Part shown: in pieces, positions 38,391-51,065 of the stretch
Layout: each line of letters starts with the position of its first letter
Position numbering within the stretch: position 1 is the stretch's first letter
Assembly: GCA_001179505.1 (NCBI GenBank)
Contig: CDMY01000098.1
Coordinates: forward strand, 1-64,000
DNA from: Vitrella brassicaformis CCMP3155
Taxonomy: Eukaryota; Protista; Chromerida
Reading direction: 5' to 3'
DNA: 64,000 bases
Made by a program: the position numbers and the translations under genes
The notes under the pieces: generated by a model
Told to the model about the DNA's origin: nothing
Database searches by the model: none
The model's input: the letters and a program-made list of their open reading frames with translations, nothing else

Positions 38391-39884
38391 GGGGCCGCAA
38401 GGACATCTCTCTGTGCGCGTGTGCGTGTCTGTGTGCAGTCGAGTCGATGTTTTCGCGCAAGGATGTCTCCGACGAGAAGCGCCCCGCACTGAAAGCCGTC
38501 ATGGCCGCCCACCCCACTCTCGCCGCACCCTCATCCGCCAGATTCAGATTCGCACAACAACCGCCACCCACACCAGCAGCAGCAGCGGCAGCGGCATCAT
38601 CGGAACCACACCCACACCCACACCCCCACCCACACCCCCACGCACCCCTCCCGCCTCTTGCGCGCGAACGGGGCGAGTCGCAATCGCCGGATGTGTCGCC
38701 GGTAAATATGCGTCGCGGTGTGGGCGGGGGTGCGGGAGGGGGAGGGGGGAGCGATGGTGGATCGCCTGGTGGTGGTGGTAGTGGGAGGTGGGCAGAAATG
38801 TACCCTGATGCTGCTATCAAGGAGTCGCAGAGTGAGTGTGGGCAGAGAGACGTGCGGCTGTGTTTTGTGTGAGTGTTTTGGTGGTTAGAAATTCTTTCGT
38901 TCGTTCGTTCGTTCGTTCTTTGGTTTGTTTGTTGGTCAGTGCTGCATTATGGTGAGTGCTCGTGGGAGGACCAGGCCTATGTGCTGCTGCAGCAGTTCTA
39001 CCCTGGTATGGACACACACACACACAGAGAGAGAGAGGGGGGGGGGGGGGGGGGNNNNNNNNNNNNNNNNNNNNNNNNNNNNNNNNNNNNNNNNNNNNNN
39101 NNNNNNNNNNNNNNNNNNNNNNNNNNNNNNNNNNNNNNNNNNNNNNNNNNNNNNNNNNNNNNNNNNNNNNNNNNNNNNNNNNNNNNNNNNNNNNNNNNNN
39201 NNNNNNNNNNNNNNNNNNNNNNNNNNNNNNNNNNNNNNNNNNNNNNNNNNNNNNNNNNNNNNNNNNNNNNNNNNNNNNNNNNNNNNNNNNNNNNNNNNNN
39301 NNNNNNNNNNNNNNNNNNNNNNNNNNNNNNNNNNNNNNNNNNNNNNNNNNNNNNGGGGGGGGGCCCTTTCATCTCTCTCGCCCTCTCTCTCCACCCCTCC
39401 CCCCGGTGTATGTGTCTTTAGGTGCGGCAGAGTGCATCAACGAGGAATATGGCTACGCCAACGAAATGACCAACAACTGGTACTCCCTCCCTCCCTCCCT
39501 CCCTCTGTGCCACCACCCCTCGCACACGCCATCTCTCTCTGTCTCTCTCTCTCTGTGTGTGTGTGTGTGTAGTGTGGGTGGCATCAAGGTGCCCACCACT
39601 CGTCCGGTCCGGCAGGCAGTGCTCTTCTACGTCCACAGGCTATACGGCATCACTCACGACGACTACAAGTATAGCGCGGTGAGTGAGCCAGGGAGGGAGG
39701 GAGGGAGGGAAAGAGGGTGTCGGTGAGAGAGTGGATGGGTGTGGATGTGTGTGTGGTGTGTGTGCAGATGAACAACTTCATGAGTTTGGTTCAGAAGATA
39801 TTTGTCAAGAAGCTGGCCTGCTACCCCGAGAGGATCACTCGGTCGGCCGATGCACACACACGCGCGCGCACGCCTCTCTGCCCA

Positions 39885-39917
<33 letters not shown>

Positions 39918-40151
39918 TGCCATTGCTGCACATACACACAGGAACGACTTCAAGCGCGTCATGGATATCTTCAATGTAAGCCCCCCGTGTGCGTGTATCG
40001 CTCTCACTCTCTCTCTCTCTCCGCGTGTGTGTGTGTCTGCTATTATCAGGCCCAGGACATCACCCACTACGTGCTGATCGTCTTCGAGGGCCGCCGCATC
40101 GCCGAGCTCGTCTTTGCTCTCGAGGCACTCCTGAGAGCACAGACCTCATAA
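36312..40151 (+). CDS. SESN: Sestrin (PA26 family), about 17 exons; one intron spans an assembly gap
   Basis: [129 protein letters not shown]. The start codon is approximate. Confidence 0.93.
39055..39354. other. Assembly gap (300 N), intronic in sestrin
   Basis: Run of N flanked by poly-G. Confidence 1.
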
Positions 40152-40531
40152 CGATCACCTGATGCCCTCACTCGGTGGGCGTGGGCGTGTGCATGGGCTG
40201 CCATGGTGTGTGGGGAATTGCATAGCTCCGGGGGGCGGGCAAGATTCGGCGAGAAGGTGCAGCATGAAGGAAGGGTAGTAGGGGCGAGCGACGGTTGAAT
40301 GGGTGGGTGGGTGGGTGGATGGATGGATGGACACACACATCATGACGCGTTTGCTGACTGACAGACATTGATGGGTGCGACGTGCGATAGACAGACAGAC
40401 AGACAGTGGGGCGGATGGATCAAACACGAAATCGTTGCAGCCAGTCAATGTTTGCTGCCCACCCTACCTCTGGTCGTTGCGACTCTTATCATTCAGCCGG
40501 GAAGTGGTGGTCAGCTGCTTGCTTGCTCTGC

Positions 40532-41785
40532 TCACAAGAGTCTATCCTCTACAACCGGAAACACATTATACGCACCCCCTCCCCCTTTTCCTCCCCCACC
40601 CATCAGCAGCCACGTCAGCCACCCTGTGTGATTCCTCGTGTCCTCTGCGAGCCGTCGCATGAACGAGCTGGCCGTCCTGTGCAAATTCACCTTCTTGGGG
40701 GTGGTGGCCTTCGTCTCTGCGCCCAGAGATGACATCGTCGAGGGCATCGTGATTGTGGCGGGCGGCTGTGAGGGTGTGGCTGTGGCTGTGGCTGTGGGTG
40801 CGGGGCTTGTCTCTGTCACGGCCATTGGCAAGGGGGGTGTGGTTGACACGGATGGAGCGATGTCAGTGGGCGATGAGGAGGTGGGCAGGGGTTTCTCGAT
40901 GGTCGGTGGCTGCTGATTGGTACCATTGGTGCCGCTAATGCCTATACACCCACACACACACACACACACAGAGAGAGAAAGAGGGAGAGAGACATGTGTG
41001 GGTGCGTGCAGCGAGTTTGTGTTGCCATGGACTGACGGTGACCTCTCTCCTGCGCCCGCTGGTCGACCTCTTTTATGTAATCCTCATACTTTTCCGGCAC
41101 CTGCACCACACACACACACACACGCATGCACGATATATGGGCCCTGGCTCGACTCTTGTCAGCTCAGCTCAGCCCAGCTCAGCTCGGCAACAAGAGCCCA
41201 CCCACATACGGAATTGTGCGGTGCCACTGGTGGGTGTGGATCAAGAGCGTCCTTCGGCGCCTGCACACACCATCGCCAGGAAACAAGTTTAAGACCCGAT
41301 CGTGTTGAACGTGCTCCGGCAACACACACAAGACACACCAGCAGTGGCGGCGGCTGTGGGTCATATGGCGTCACGACCCTGTCCTGTGGCGCATCGCGTG
41401 GCGCGCACGGCTCGGACTCGGGCGCACAGGGGCTCAAATCTGCAGCCACCATCCACAACACACGGAAAGAGAGAGAGAGAGAGAGAAGCCGTCCGGTCAT
41501 TTGGGTGTGGACTGTGGGTGTGGTGTGTGTGGCGGTGTGTGTGGCGGTGGATGTACCGTCGTTGATGTAGGGGTAGGGGGGAGATGATGCCTGTGCGCGG
41601 CCACTGGCAGCCAGATCAGCAGCGTCCCTGCACCATAGGATGGCCAAAGGGCACACACGCACATATATGCGCTGCGGTCACGTGCGAGGTGCGGCGAGGT
41701 GGGGGGTGTTTCTGCGCTGCATTCCCACTCACCCATCGATGAAGCTGACCGCCAAAAACACTGCAAACAGGGCAAGGGCGCTCAT
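40532..41785 (-). CDS. Putative secreted Pro/Thr-rich (mucin-like) hypothetical protein
   Basis: Exons join as MSALALFAVFLAVSFIDG (signal-like) / DAADLAASGRAQASSPPYPYIND / DLSPCAPESEPCAP..PPPLL / APKDALDPHPPVAPHNS / VPEKYEDYIKEVDQRAQE / Thr-Pro-rich last exon. All GT-AG. Confidence 0.6.
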
Positions 41786-41898
41786 AATCCCCCGCGCACG
41801 CTCTGACCTTTTTACATGGTCATGTAAATCCATTGGCTGAAGATCTGTTTGTCAAGCTCTGGTGTCACCCTCCGCCCACAGCACAGAGGGATCTGTCT

Positions 41899-43334
41899 AT
41901 GTCATTGTGCCTGCTGCTCTTGCTGCCCCTGCTGTGCGGCGGCACCCCTGCCGGCATTCTCACAACAACGTCTTCATTCGACCTCTTCGCCACTGCTGCC
42001 GATGCTGAGGTCCAGGGCGGCCCCGCGGCGGCCTCGATGCCGCCATTTCTGCACCAGTGCATCGAGAGCGCCTTCAAATGGGTGGGTCGGTGAGCATCCG
42101 CTACAAGCATCAACAGACACACAAGGGAAGAACAATGGTGTGATGTGGTGGACAGGTGTCCGAGCATGTCACCCCAGCGGCAGCATCGGGATACCTCGCC
42201 TGTGCCCACAGGCGCACGTCTCTCAAGGGCCACGCCGAGTGCTACTGTTCACACGTCGGCAGAGAGAACCAGAACGCCTACCAGGCCGCAGGGTGCTGCG
42301 ACGCCCTCAAGCTCCACGGGCTGCCGCAGGCGTATGCCGTGGCGATGACCAAGCTGTGCGTTATGGAGTGCAGCGACGAGGGGGAGCTCCTGGGGCCGCC
42401 TGAGCTCGTGGGGCTGAGAAAGGACCAGCACCAGCAGCAGCAACAGCGGTTGTCGTCATCTGCACGTGTTGGTGGTGGTGTCTCGAACGCGACGAAGGCC
42501 GCCACCACCACGGCAAATGCAACGCGAAAATGGTCAGGGCTGGGGGGGCGAGGAGGCAGCTGCCACGAGAGCAGGAGATCGGCAGGCTGACGTGGCTGCA
42601 CGCTTTGGTGCTCTGTGGGGTCATGGGCGCCGCAGGGTGTCTCGTCTTTGCCGTGCACTGCATGGCCCAGGGCGGCTGGATGGTACGCCACCCACACAGA
42701 GAGGACAAATCTCCCCCTTCGCACCGACACCCCTTTTCCCCATCTCCCATTTCTGTAGGACTCGACGATCCGGGGGCTGCTGACATTGCGTACAGGCTGC
42801 TCCTACATCGCCATAGCCATCATGGCCTGGGGACTCGCAGCATTCTTCGACGGCGGAGTTCTCGACGAAATATACGGCACCGCGGCGGTGCTGTGCGGCC
42901 TGTTGGGGGTATTTGCGGCGAGTTCGAAGGACGGCGGGATGCTGGGGACTTTTTACTGGGTGTTGGGGGGGATGGTGGTGTCTACGGCAGGGTATGGGCT
43001 GGTGTTGGCGTCGGAGGTGTTGGGATGGCTCGATTGGGGCAAATTCGGGAGCAATATCGTGCTTTGGTACGCCAACCACCACCCACTGCTGGAGAGAGAG
43101 AGAGGGAGAGAGAGAGAGAGAGAGAAGATTCCCTCTCTTTCTCTCTGTGTGTATGTTTGATGCCTGTGTAGGGACCGCTCTCAGGCGTTGTTCTACACGG
43201 GCTGTCTGTGCGCAGCGTTTGTGCTGCAGGTCTGCGGCCTGTGTGTGACCCGGGGGCTGCTGGAGGTGGTGCAGCAGGGGGGCGACGGGGAGGAGTGGAT
43301 GTCGGCGGAGCAGCTCAAGATCATACAGCAGTAG
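41899..43334 (+). CDS. Signal peptide + Cys-containing ectodomain + 4-5 TM membrane protein (tetraspanin-like TM2-TM3 pattern)
   Basis: MSLCLLLLLPLLCGG leader; ECYCSHV..GCCDAL..KLCVMECS; hydrophobic helices including CGLLGVFAASSKDGGMLGTFYWVLGG; ends ..LKIIQQ*. The model needs a frame change near 42533-42555. Confidence 0.6.
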
Positions 43335-43547
43335 AGAGAGGAGGGTCGACAGACGTACCTAGGGAGTAGCTAGAGCGATAGTTAGAAGAGTGTCTGCTCG
43401 TTGATCCATCCATCCATCCATCGCGTAAACAGCAATCGAATCTGTGTGTCTGTGTCTGTCTGTGTGTGGGTACCGAACGACAATGGCAGCGACAGCTAGC
43501 GGTGGTCTCTCTCTCTCTCTCTGTCTCTTCTTGTCAATGGCGACTGA

Positions 43548-44016
43548 CTGACGGCTGTGTGTATCTCTCTCTTGAACAAACCGATACATGCAGTGTCAGA
43601 ACCAAACAAACTCGCCCAAACAAACAAACAACACATACACACCGACACGGCAAAGGCAGGCAGAGACACTGCAGACAGAAGCAAACCCCTCCCTCCCTCA
43701 AAGTTCCAGCCCCTGCTTGCGGTTCAGGTATTGCAGACACAGAAACGCCACACCGCGGAAGCCCACACCTGCACACACACAAAGGTACCTTTGTGTGGGT
43801 CACAGTGGGTGTGTGTTGAAGGGCCTGGCTAGGCCGACCTAGTCCGAGGAGTATGAAGCACAGAGTCCAGAAGTTCTGTTTCTCCAGGTCGAAGAACTCC
43901 AGCACCCCGTCGCCGCCGTCAATGTCGTCCTGGAAGCGGTCGTTGCCCTCAAACTCGTTGACCATTATGCCAAAGAAAGAGTAACTGCACACACAGTACA
44001 AACCGGCAGCCAGAGG

Positions 44017-44054
<38 letters not shown>

Positions 44055-44673
44055 CGAGAGAAAAGTGCGCGTGGATGGCTGGGGTGTCTGTCTGTGCTGT
44101 GTGGACCATTCTTGTCTGTCATCCCTTTCACTTTTCACTTTTACTACACACCGGATATAGCTGATGTACTTGATCCATGCGATCCTGACAGACAAACGGA
44201 CAGACAGACAGACAGACAGACACCCAGAGGGAGCAACAAGGCATGGATACTACGGTAGTCCACATCGCACGGCGTGTCCGTCTGCCTGACTCACCATGGC
44301 GGGATGTCCCCGTCCTTCAGGTAGTACCCAGAGGTCAGCTACACACACCCACACCCCACACACACAGAGAGCCCATCAACAGACCAAGACACATCCGCTT
44401 TTCAGACACACTGACCGACACACTCACTCACCCACCATGAGTATGACCATCAACATCCCAATGAAGATGTTCCCTATGTCAGGCGAGGGCGAGGCGGCGG
44501 CGACGGAGACCATGAGGGCGAACGAGGCGAAGACGGTGATGTTGGAGATGAGGAGGAACTTCAAAAAGTACACGATGCCGGGGCGGAGACCCACCATGAA
44601 GTAAAATATGGCGCAGAAACACGTCGGCGGGAATTGAGTATCAGAGACAGACAAGGAGGGAGGGAGGGGAGGG
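43548..44673 (-). repeat. Second, slightly divergent copy of the ABCG 3' end (last 5 exons)
   Basis: Aligns to 44974-~46088 with several SNPs and microsatellite length differences; has its own stop codon at 43698-43700. Confidence 0.9.
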
Positions 44674-44973
44674 NNNNNNNNNNNNNNNNNNNNNNNNNNN
44701 NNNNNNNNNNNNNNNNNNNNNNNNNNNNNNNNNNNNNNNNNNNNNNNNNNNNNNNNNNNNNNNNNNNNNNNNNNNNNNNNNNNNNNNNNNNNNNNNNNNN
44801 NNNNNNNNNNNNNNNNNNNNNNNNNNNNNNNNNNNNNNNNNNNNNNNNNNNNNNNNNNNNNNNNNNNNNNNNNNNNNNNNNNNNNNNNNNNNNNNNNNNN
44901 NNNNNNNNNNNNNNNNNNNNNNNNNNNNNNNNNNNNNNNNNNNNNNNNNNNNNNNNNNNNNNNNNNNNNNNNN
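44674..44973. other. Assembly gap (300 N)
   Basis: Run of N between duplicated ABCG segments. Confidence 1.
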
Positions 44974-45131
44974 TGACTGATGGCTGTGTTGTGTGTATCT
45001 CTCTCTTGAACAAACCGATACAGAAAGTGTCAGAACCAAACAAACTCGCCCAAACAAACAAACAACACATACACACCGACACGGCAAAGGCAGGCAGAGA
45101 CACTGCAGACAGAAGCAAACCCCTCCCTCCC

Positions 45132-45450
45132 TCAAAGTTCCAGCCCCTGCTTGCGGTTCAGGTATTGCAGACACAGAAACGCCACACCGCGGAAGCCCAC
45201 ACCTGCACACACACAAAGGTACCTTTGTGTGGGTCACAGTGGGTGTGTGTTGAAGGGCCTGGCTAGGCCGACCTAGTCCGAGGAGTATGAAGCACAGAGT
45301 CCAGAAGTTCTGTTTCTCCAGGTCGAAGAACTCCAGCACCCCGTCGCCGCCGTCAATGTCGTCCTGGAAGCGGTCGTTGCCCTCAAACTCGTTGACCATT
45401 ATGCCAAAGAAAGAGTAACTGCACACACAGTACAAACCGGCAGCCAGAGG

Positions 45451-45488
<38 letters not shown>

Positions 45489-48400
45489 CGAGAGAAAAGT
45501 GCGCGTGGATGGCTGGGGTGTCTGTCTGTGCTGTGTGGACCATTCTTGTCTGTCATTCCTTTCACTTTTCACTTTTACTACACACCGGATATAGCTGATG
45601 TACTTGATCCATGCGATCCTGACAGACAAACAGACAGACAGACAGACACCCAGAGGGAGCAACAAGGCATGGATACTACGGTAGTCCACATCGTACGGCG
45701 TGTCCGTCTGCCTGACTCACCATGGCGGGATGTCCCCGTCCTTCAGGTAGTACCCAGAGGTCAACTACACACACCCCACACACAGAGAGCCCATCAACAG
45801 ACCAAGACACATCCGCTTTGCAGACACACTGACCGACACACTCACTCACCCACCATGAGTATGACCATCAACATCCCAATGAAGATGTTCCCTATGTCAG
45901 GCGAGGGCGAGGCGGCGGCGACGGAGACCATGAGGGCGAACGAGGCGAAGACGGTGATGTTGGAGATGAGGAGGAACTTCAAAAAGTACACGATGCCGGG
46001 GCGGAGACCCACCATGAAGTAAAATATGGCGCAGAAACACGTCGGCGGGAACTGAGTATCAGAGACAGACAAGGAGGGAGGGAGGGGAGGGAGGGGAGGG
46101 AGGGAGGGAGGGACAGGCGAAATGAGCCTCTCCCTCCCTGTCTGTCTGCCTGCCTGGCTGTGTGTATGTGACTGGGTGGGTGAATGAGTGAGTGGGTGGG
46201 ATGGGTTGCCTACGTGGACGAAGAGGAGCTCCCCGATGTCCTTGGCGACGAAATATGACAAAACCCCGTGAATGCCGTTGGCCGTGTCCCTACACACACA
46301 GCACCACACACACACACACAGAGAGAAAGAGAGAGAGAGAGAGCAGTGGNNNNNNNNNNNNNNNNNNNNNNNNNNNNNNNNNNNNNNNNNNNNNNNNNNN
46401 NNNNNNNNNNNNNNNNNNNNNNNNNNNNNNNNNNNNNNNNNNNNNNNNNNNNNNNNNNNNNNNNNNNNNNNNNNNNNNNNNNNNNNNNNNNNNNNNNNNN
46501 NNNNNNNNNNNNNNNNNNNNNNNNNNNNNNNNNNNNNNNNNNNNNNNNNNNNNNNNNNNNNNNNNNNNNNNNNNNNNNNNNNNNNNNNNNNNNNNNNNNN
46601 NNNNNNNNNNNNNNNNNNNNNNNNNNNNNNNNNNNNNNNNNNNNNNNNNAGTCCACATCGTACGGCGTGTCCGTCTGCCTGACTCACCATGGCGGGATGT
46701 CCCCGTCCTTCAGGTAGTACCCAGAGGTCAACTACACACACCCCACACACAGAGAGCCCATCAACAGACCAAGACACATCCGCTTTGCAGACACACTGAC
46801 CGACACACTCACTCACCCACCATGAGTATGACCATCAACATCCCAATGAAGATGTTCCCTATGTCAGGCGAGGGCGAGGCGGCGGCGACGGAGACCATGA
46901 GGGCGAACGAGGCGAAGACGGTGATGTTGGAGATGAGGAGGAACTTCAAAAAGTACACGATGCCGGGGCGGAGACCCACCATGAAGTAAAATATGGCGCA
47001 GAAACACGTCGGCGGGAACTGAGTATCAGAGACAGACAAGGAGGGAGGGAGGGGAGGGAGGGGAGGGAGGGAGGGAGGGACAGGCGAAATGAGCCTCTCC
47101 CTCCCTGTCTGTCTGCCTGCCTGGCTGTGTGTATGTGACTGGGTGGGTGAATGAGTGAGTGGGTGGGATGGGTTGCCTACGTGGACGAAGAGGAGCTCCC
47201 CGATGTCCTTGGCGACGAAATATGACAAAACCCCGTGAATGCCGTTGGCCGTGTCCCTACACACACAGCACCACACACACACACACAGAGAGAAAGAGAG
47301 AGAGAGAGAGCAGTGGAGTTGTGTCTCCCTCCCTCCCTCCTCCCTGTGTCCTTGATTCACACATTCACACACCGACCGGTTGAGCAGCGCTCTCTCCGGG
47401 GCGAATGTCATCATCACAGAGAACGTGCTGTTTGCAAGAGAGAGAGAGAGAGAGAGGCAGAAAGGGAGAGGCAGAGTTTGCGGCATCCACACGCACTTAC
47501 GCGAATGCGAAGTTGACCGCAATGAAGAAGATCGCTCCAGCTCTGTTCTGGGCATCGGAGAGGCCTGAGTCGCCCAGCTGCCTGCAACACAGACAAACAA
47601 ATCATACTCACACAAATCATACACACAAATCAAGTCAAATCAGTCGGTCTTTCTGTCTTTTTCCCTTTGACTGACCAGAAAATGGCACCGAGGATGAAGC
47701 CCATGAAGATGTTCTGGCTGACGTCGCCCATGGCCTTCAACGGATTGCGCACACTGTTGAGCACTGTCCTGCACACACAGATGGGCGCCACACGAAGACA
47801 CACACACATGTTTCTCTCTCTCTCGCTGTCTCCGTCTATGTGTGCCTGCGCATAGATACAGAAAGTCTCGTTTCCTCACCGTTTTGCGAGCACACGGACC
47901 TCCAGCCAGAAGCCGCTTAGCGTCTGCTTGACCGACTCGAGTGTGATCTTCTTGGGCGGTGCGGCCGTCATCCCGCCCTCCGAGCGCTTGTCCAGCTCCT
48001 TGTCGACCTGGTCCTCTGCGAAACACACACACACACACACACCGAGAGGACACAAAGAGAGAGAGGGAGAGGTGTGAGTGTGCATGACGAGTACCGATTC
48101 TCTTTGCCAGGTCGCATTGGTGGAACAGTTCTGGGAAGCGCTCGATCTCGGCGCCGGTGATGTTGATGCGGCCCTTGCTCCCCGACGGCAGCAGCGCTGC
48201 CATGGACGTTGACGCAGACGGAGACACAGATATGGAGGGCGGTCGGTCTATGTGGCTGCAAGTAAGCAATCACCTACCATGGTTGTCTGCAGCCGGGGGT
48301 GGTGGTGCGTCTGGAGGAGCATCTGGTTGGGCGTCTGGCCCGTCCTCAGTGGTGGCCTTGTCGTTGTTGCCCTCCTCATCGCCAAGCGGTGCCGGTGCTA

Positions 48401-50199
48401 TTTTGCTGCTGCCGTTGTCGGCTTTTTCACCCAACTCGCTGGCACGCTGCACACACACACAGAGATATGAGAGAACAGTCATCGCATAGAAGGTATGGGA
48501 TCCGTCAGACACACACACACATTCGCGTAGCGTACCGTCTCAGTGAGGATGTCGAGCAGAAAGTCGGCAGGGTTGAAGTGCGCCGGGCAGACGTACCCGT
48601 GTTTGTCAAAATAGGCGTCGGCGTCCACGGCGGGCCCCTGGTACACCACTCGGCCGCGGGAAAGCAGCAGCAGCTGGTCGAAGAGGGCGAACACTTGAGA
48701 CCTCTGATGTCGCAGAAAGAGACAAAGACATACACACACACAAAGAGGTTAAGTGGTGGATTGAGGGAGGCATGGAGGTACGTTTGACCGGCTGATGGAC
48801 GGTGCAGATGATCGTGCGGCCACCTCTGAACAGAGAGACAGATTAGGGGGGGAAGGGTGCGGTGCAGGGTATGATGTGGTTTGATTGTTGTGCGTGCACT
48901 GCAGATGCTTACTTTGCGAGCTGCACGAGAAGCTTGAGCATGTCGTAGGCAAGCGCGGCGTCCAAACCAGACGTCGGCTCGTCTGTATACACATAGCATA
49001 TACGTTCACAAGACACACACACCCACACACATACGCGTCTCTCTCTCCTTCTCTTTCTCTCTCTCCCTCTCTCTCGCCCTCTTACCGAGGCACAGCAGTG
49101 CAGGGTCGTCCAGCAGCTCAGTCGCGATGGAGACGCGTTTTTTCTCTCCGCCCGATATGCCCTTCTTCATCGGACCGCCAACCGCCGTCCCGCGACACTT
49201 CTGCAGACCTGCACGCCCACAGACGCAGACACAAAAAGTGTAGTGTCCCACTCACACACAAGCCATCGCTTCCCAAGTGGCTGGCAATCGTCTCACCCTA
49301 CCTAGCTCGGCGATGACCTTTTCGACCCGCTCCATTCTCTCCTCAGGCTTCTTGTGTTTGAGCTTGAGGGTCGCGTTGAGCCGCAGGGTCTCCTCGACTG
49401 TGAGGAATTCCAGCAGACAGTCGCTCTGCATCACGTAGGACACGAACTTCTTCCGATTCTTCGCGTTCGCCTGTTCGCGCGCACACACACACACCCACAC
49501 ACACACACACCCACACACACACACAGGGATTGCAATGCGCGAGTCAATCGCTGTGTGGGGATGCTTACCTTGCCGTTGAAGTAGATGGACCCCTCCCTCT
49601 CCCCGCCCGTGACCCTGCCTGCTATCAGGTTCATCAGGGTGGTCTTGCCCGACCCTGACGGACCCTGCGCACATTCACACACAGACAAAGAGAGAGAGAT
49701 GGATGCCTCCCCTCCTTCACACACCATGATGGCCAGCAGCTGGCCCGGCTGGATCACAAGTCACAACAGACACACAGAACACACATCGAGACAAGAGGGA
49801 TGGGTGCCTGCGGGTGTGTGTGTATGTATGTGGTGGGTGGATGGATGGATGGATGGACCGATGGATGAACGTCTTGCGTACCTTGACGATCAGGTCGACA
49901 TCGTGGATGATCTGCGTCCGCTCCTCACCCTGCCGAGTCTTCTTGACGATCCAGTAGTTCAAGCCTACACCACACCATCAACGAGCCAACAGTGCCTCCA
50001 TCCCGCACAGGAGCGAGGAGGGGCGGAGAGCGGGGAGGCTCGTGCATATTATCCCGTGTGGCTTCCCAAGCACCCAGCACTACGCTTACCCTTGGCACAC
50101 ACCTGTGTACACACAGAAGCACACACAGAAAGCTGACCCTGGCACAGAGGCTATACACGGCTTAGTTACGGTAATGGGTTCGTGCTTGTGGAACACCAT
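45132..50199 (-). CDS. ABCG (White-type) half transporter, NBD-TMD, about 20 exons; start codon uncertain
   Basis: MVFHKHEPITVCAKGLNYW; Walker A GPSGSGKTT; YVMQSD; signature ISGGEKKRVSIA; Walker B LCLDEPTSGLD; H-loop TVHQPRS; FNPADFLLD; TMD with PERALLNR..YFVAKDIGEL, LTSGYYL..IPPWIAWIKYISYIRYSFFGIMVNEF; ends GVAFLCLQYLNRKQGLEL*. Confidence 0.93.
46350..46649. other. Assembly gap (300 N)
   Basis: Run of N between two identical 667-bp segments. Confidence 1.
46650..47316. repeat. 667-bp segment apparently identical to 45683-46349 (likely unmerged contig overlap)
   Basis: Both ends are offset by exactly 967 bp; I saw no differences by eye; each copy abuts the same gap. Confidence 0.85.
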
Positions 50200-50826
50200 G
50201 GTGACCACGACACAACTGGGTGACCAAACACAACCGACGGAGGGAGGGAGACGTCGAAGGAATTGAAGGAGAGATGTCGACCGTCGAGAATGGCCCACCC
50301 GCCCCCACGTCTCGGCGGGGAGGGACGGCCTCTAGTCGTGCCTCGTTTACATCGTGACTAACCTCGCCAAGCAAACTTGCCTTCTCGCCTTCTTGTCACG
50401 TTCAGAATGGTGCTATGCAGCACATCGTCGAAGGCGCTGACAAGCTCCTCTCTACCTACCGCGGGATGGCGGCTTGTCAGGGGACCTCTTGCTGGAGCTG
50501 CTGGAGCTGTGCAGCGGGGGAGAGCCCTTCCATGTGAATTGAGTCGATAAGAGGGGCCAGCAGCAGCAGCAGAAGAAGGGCAACGCTACCACTAGCACCA
50601 GCAGCAGCAGCAAAAGGGAGACAGGTCGGGCGGGGCAGCCCCACAGGTGGTGCGGCGGCGGCAATGGCGAGGCCGAGGCCTCAAGTGGAGTATGTGTGTG
50701 AGGACGGCTGCGATGACGACGGCGAGTGGACTGACATTCCCGACATCATGACCGACATGCTGCATCATGACCGACATGCTGCCGGAGGTCAGCCGGCCAG
50801 CCGTCCACACACACACACACACACTA

Positions 50827-50864
50827 TCTAATCCATCCACCTTGCACCCCACCCATCCGTCGAC
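50827..50864 (+). repeat. 38-bp direct repeat, copy 1
   Basis: TCTAATCCATCCACCTTGCACCCCACCCATCCGTCGAC, identical to 53706-53743. Confidence 0.9.
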
Positions 50865-50886
50865 GTCCCAGCGCGATCTCCCTCAA

Positions 50887-50894
50887 AAGCTCGC
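50887..50894 (+). promoter_or_regulatory. AAGCTCGC motif in divergent promoter
   Basis: Exact 8-mer between the ABCG and TLDc genes. Confidence 0.45.
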
Positions 50895-51065
50895 TGTCCC
50901 ACATGATGATGAGTGAGGAACACAAGATGAGTCAGGAACACAGACACAACGGATGGACAGACACCCCCCTCCCATGCCACGCCACGAATCCGATTTCCTC
51001 TCTGACTCCCTCTGACTGCCGAACTGAAACAACCCTCCTCTCTTTCGCTCTCCTTAGTTCACGCG

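Noticed and set aside
50400-50800. Upstream ORFs and a 19-bp tandem duplication (CATCATGACCGACATGCTG x2, 50744-50781) as extra ABCG coding exons
   Set aside because: No frame joins cleanly to MVFHKHEPIT; probably 5' UTR or intergenic, left unresolved.
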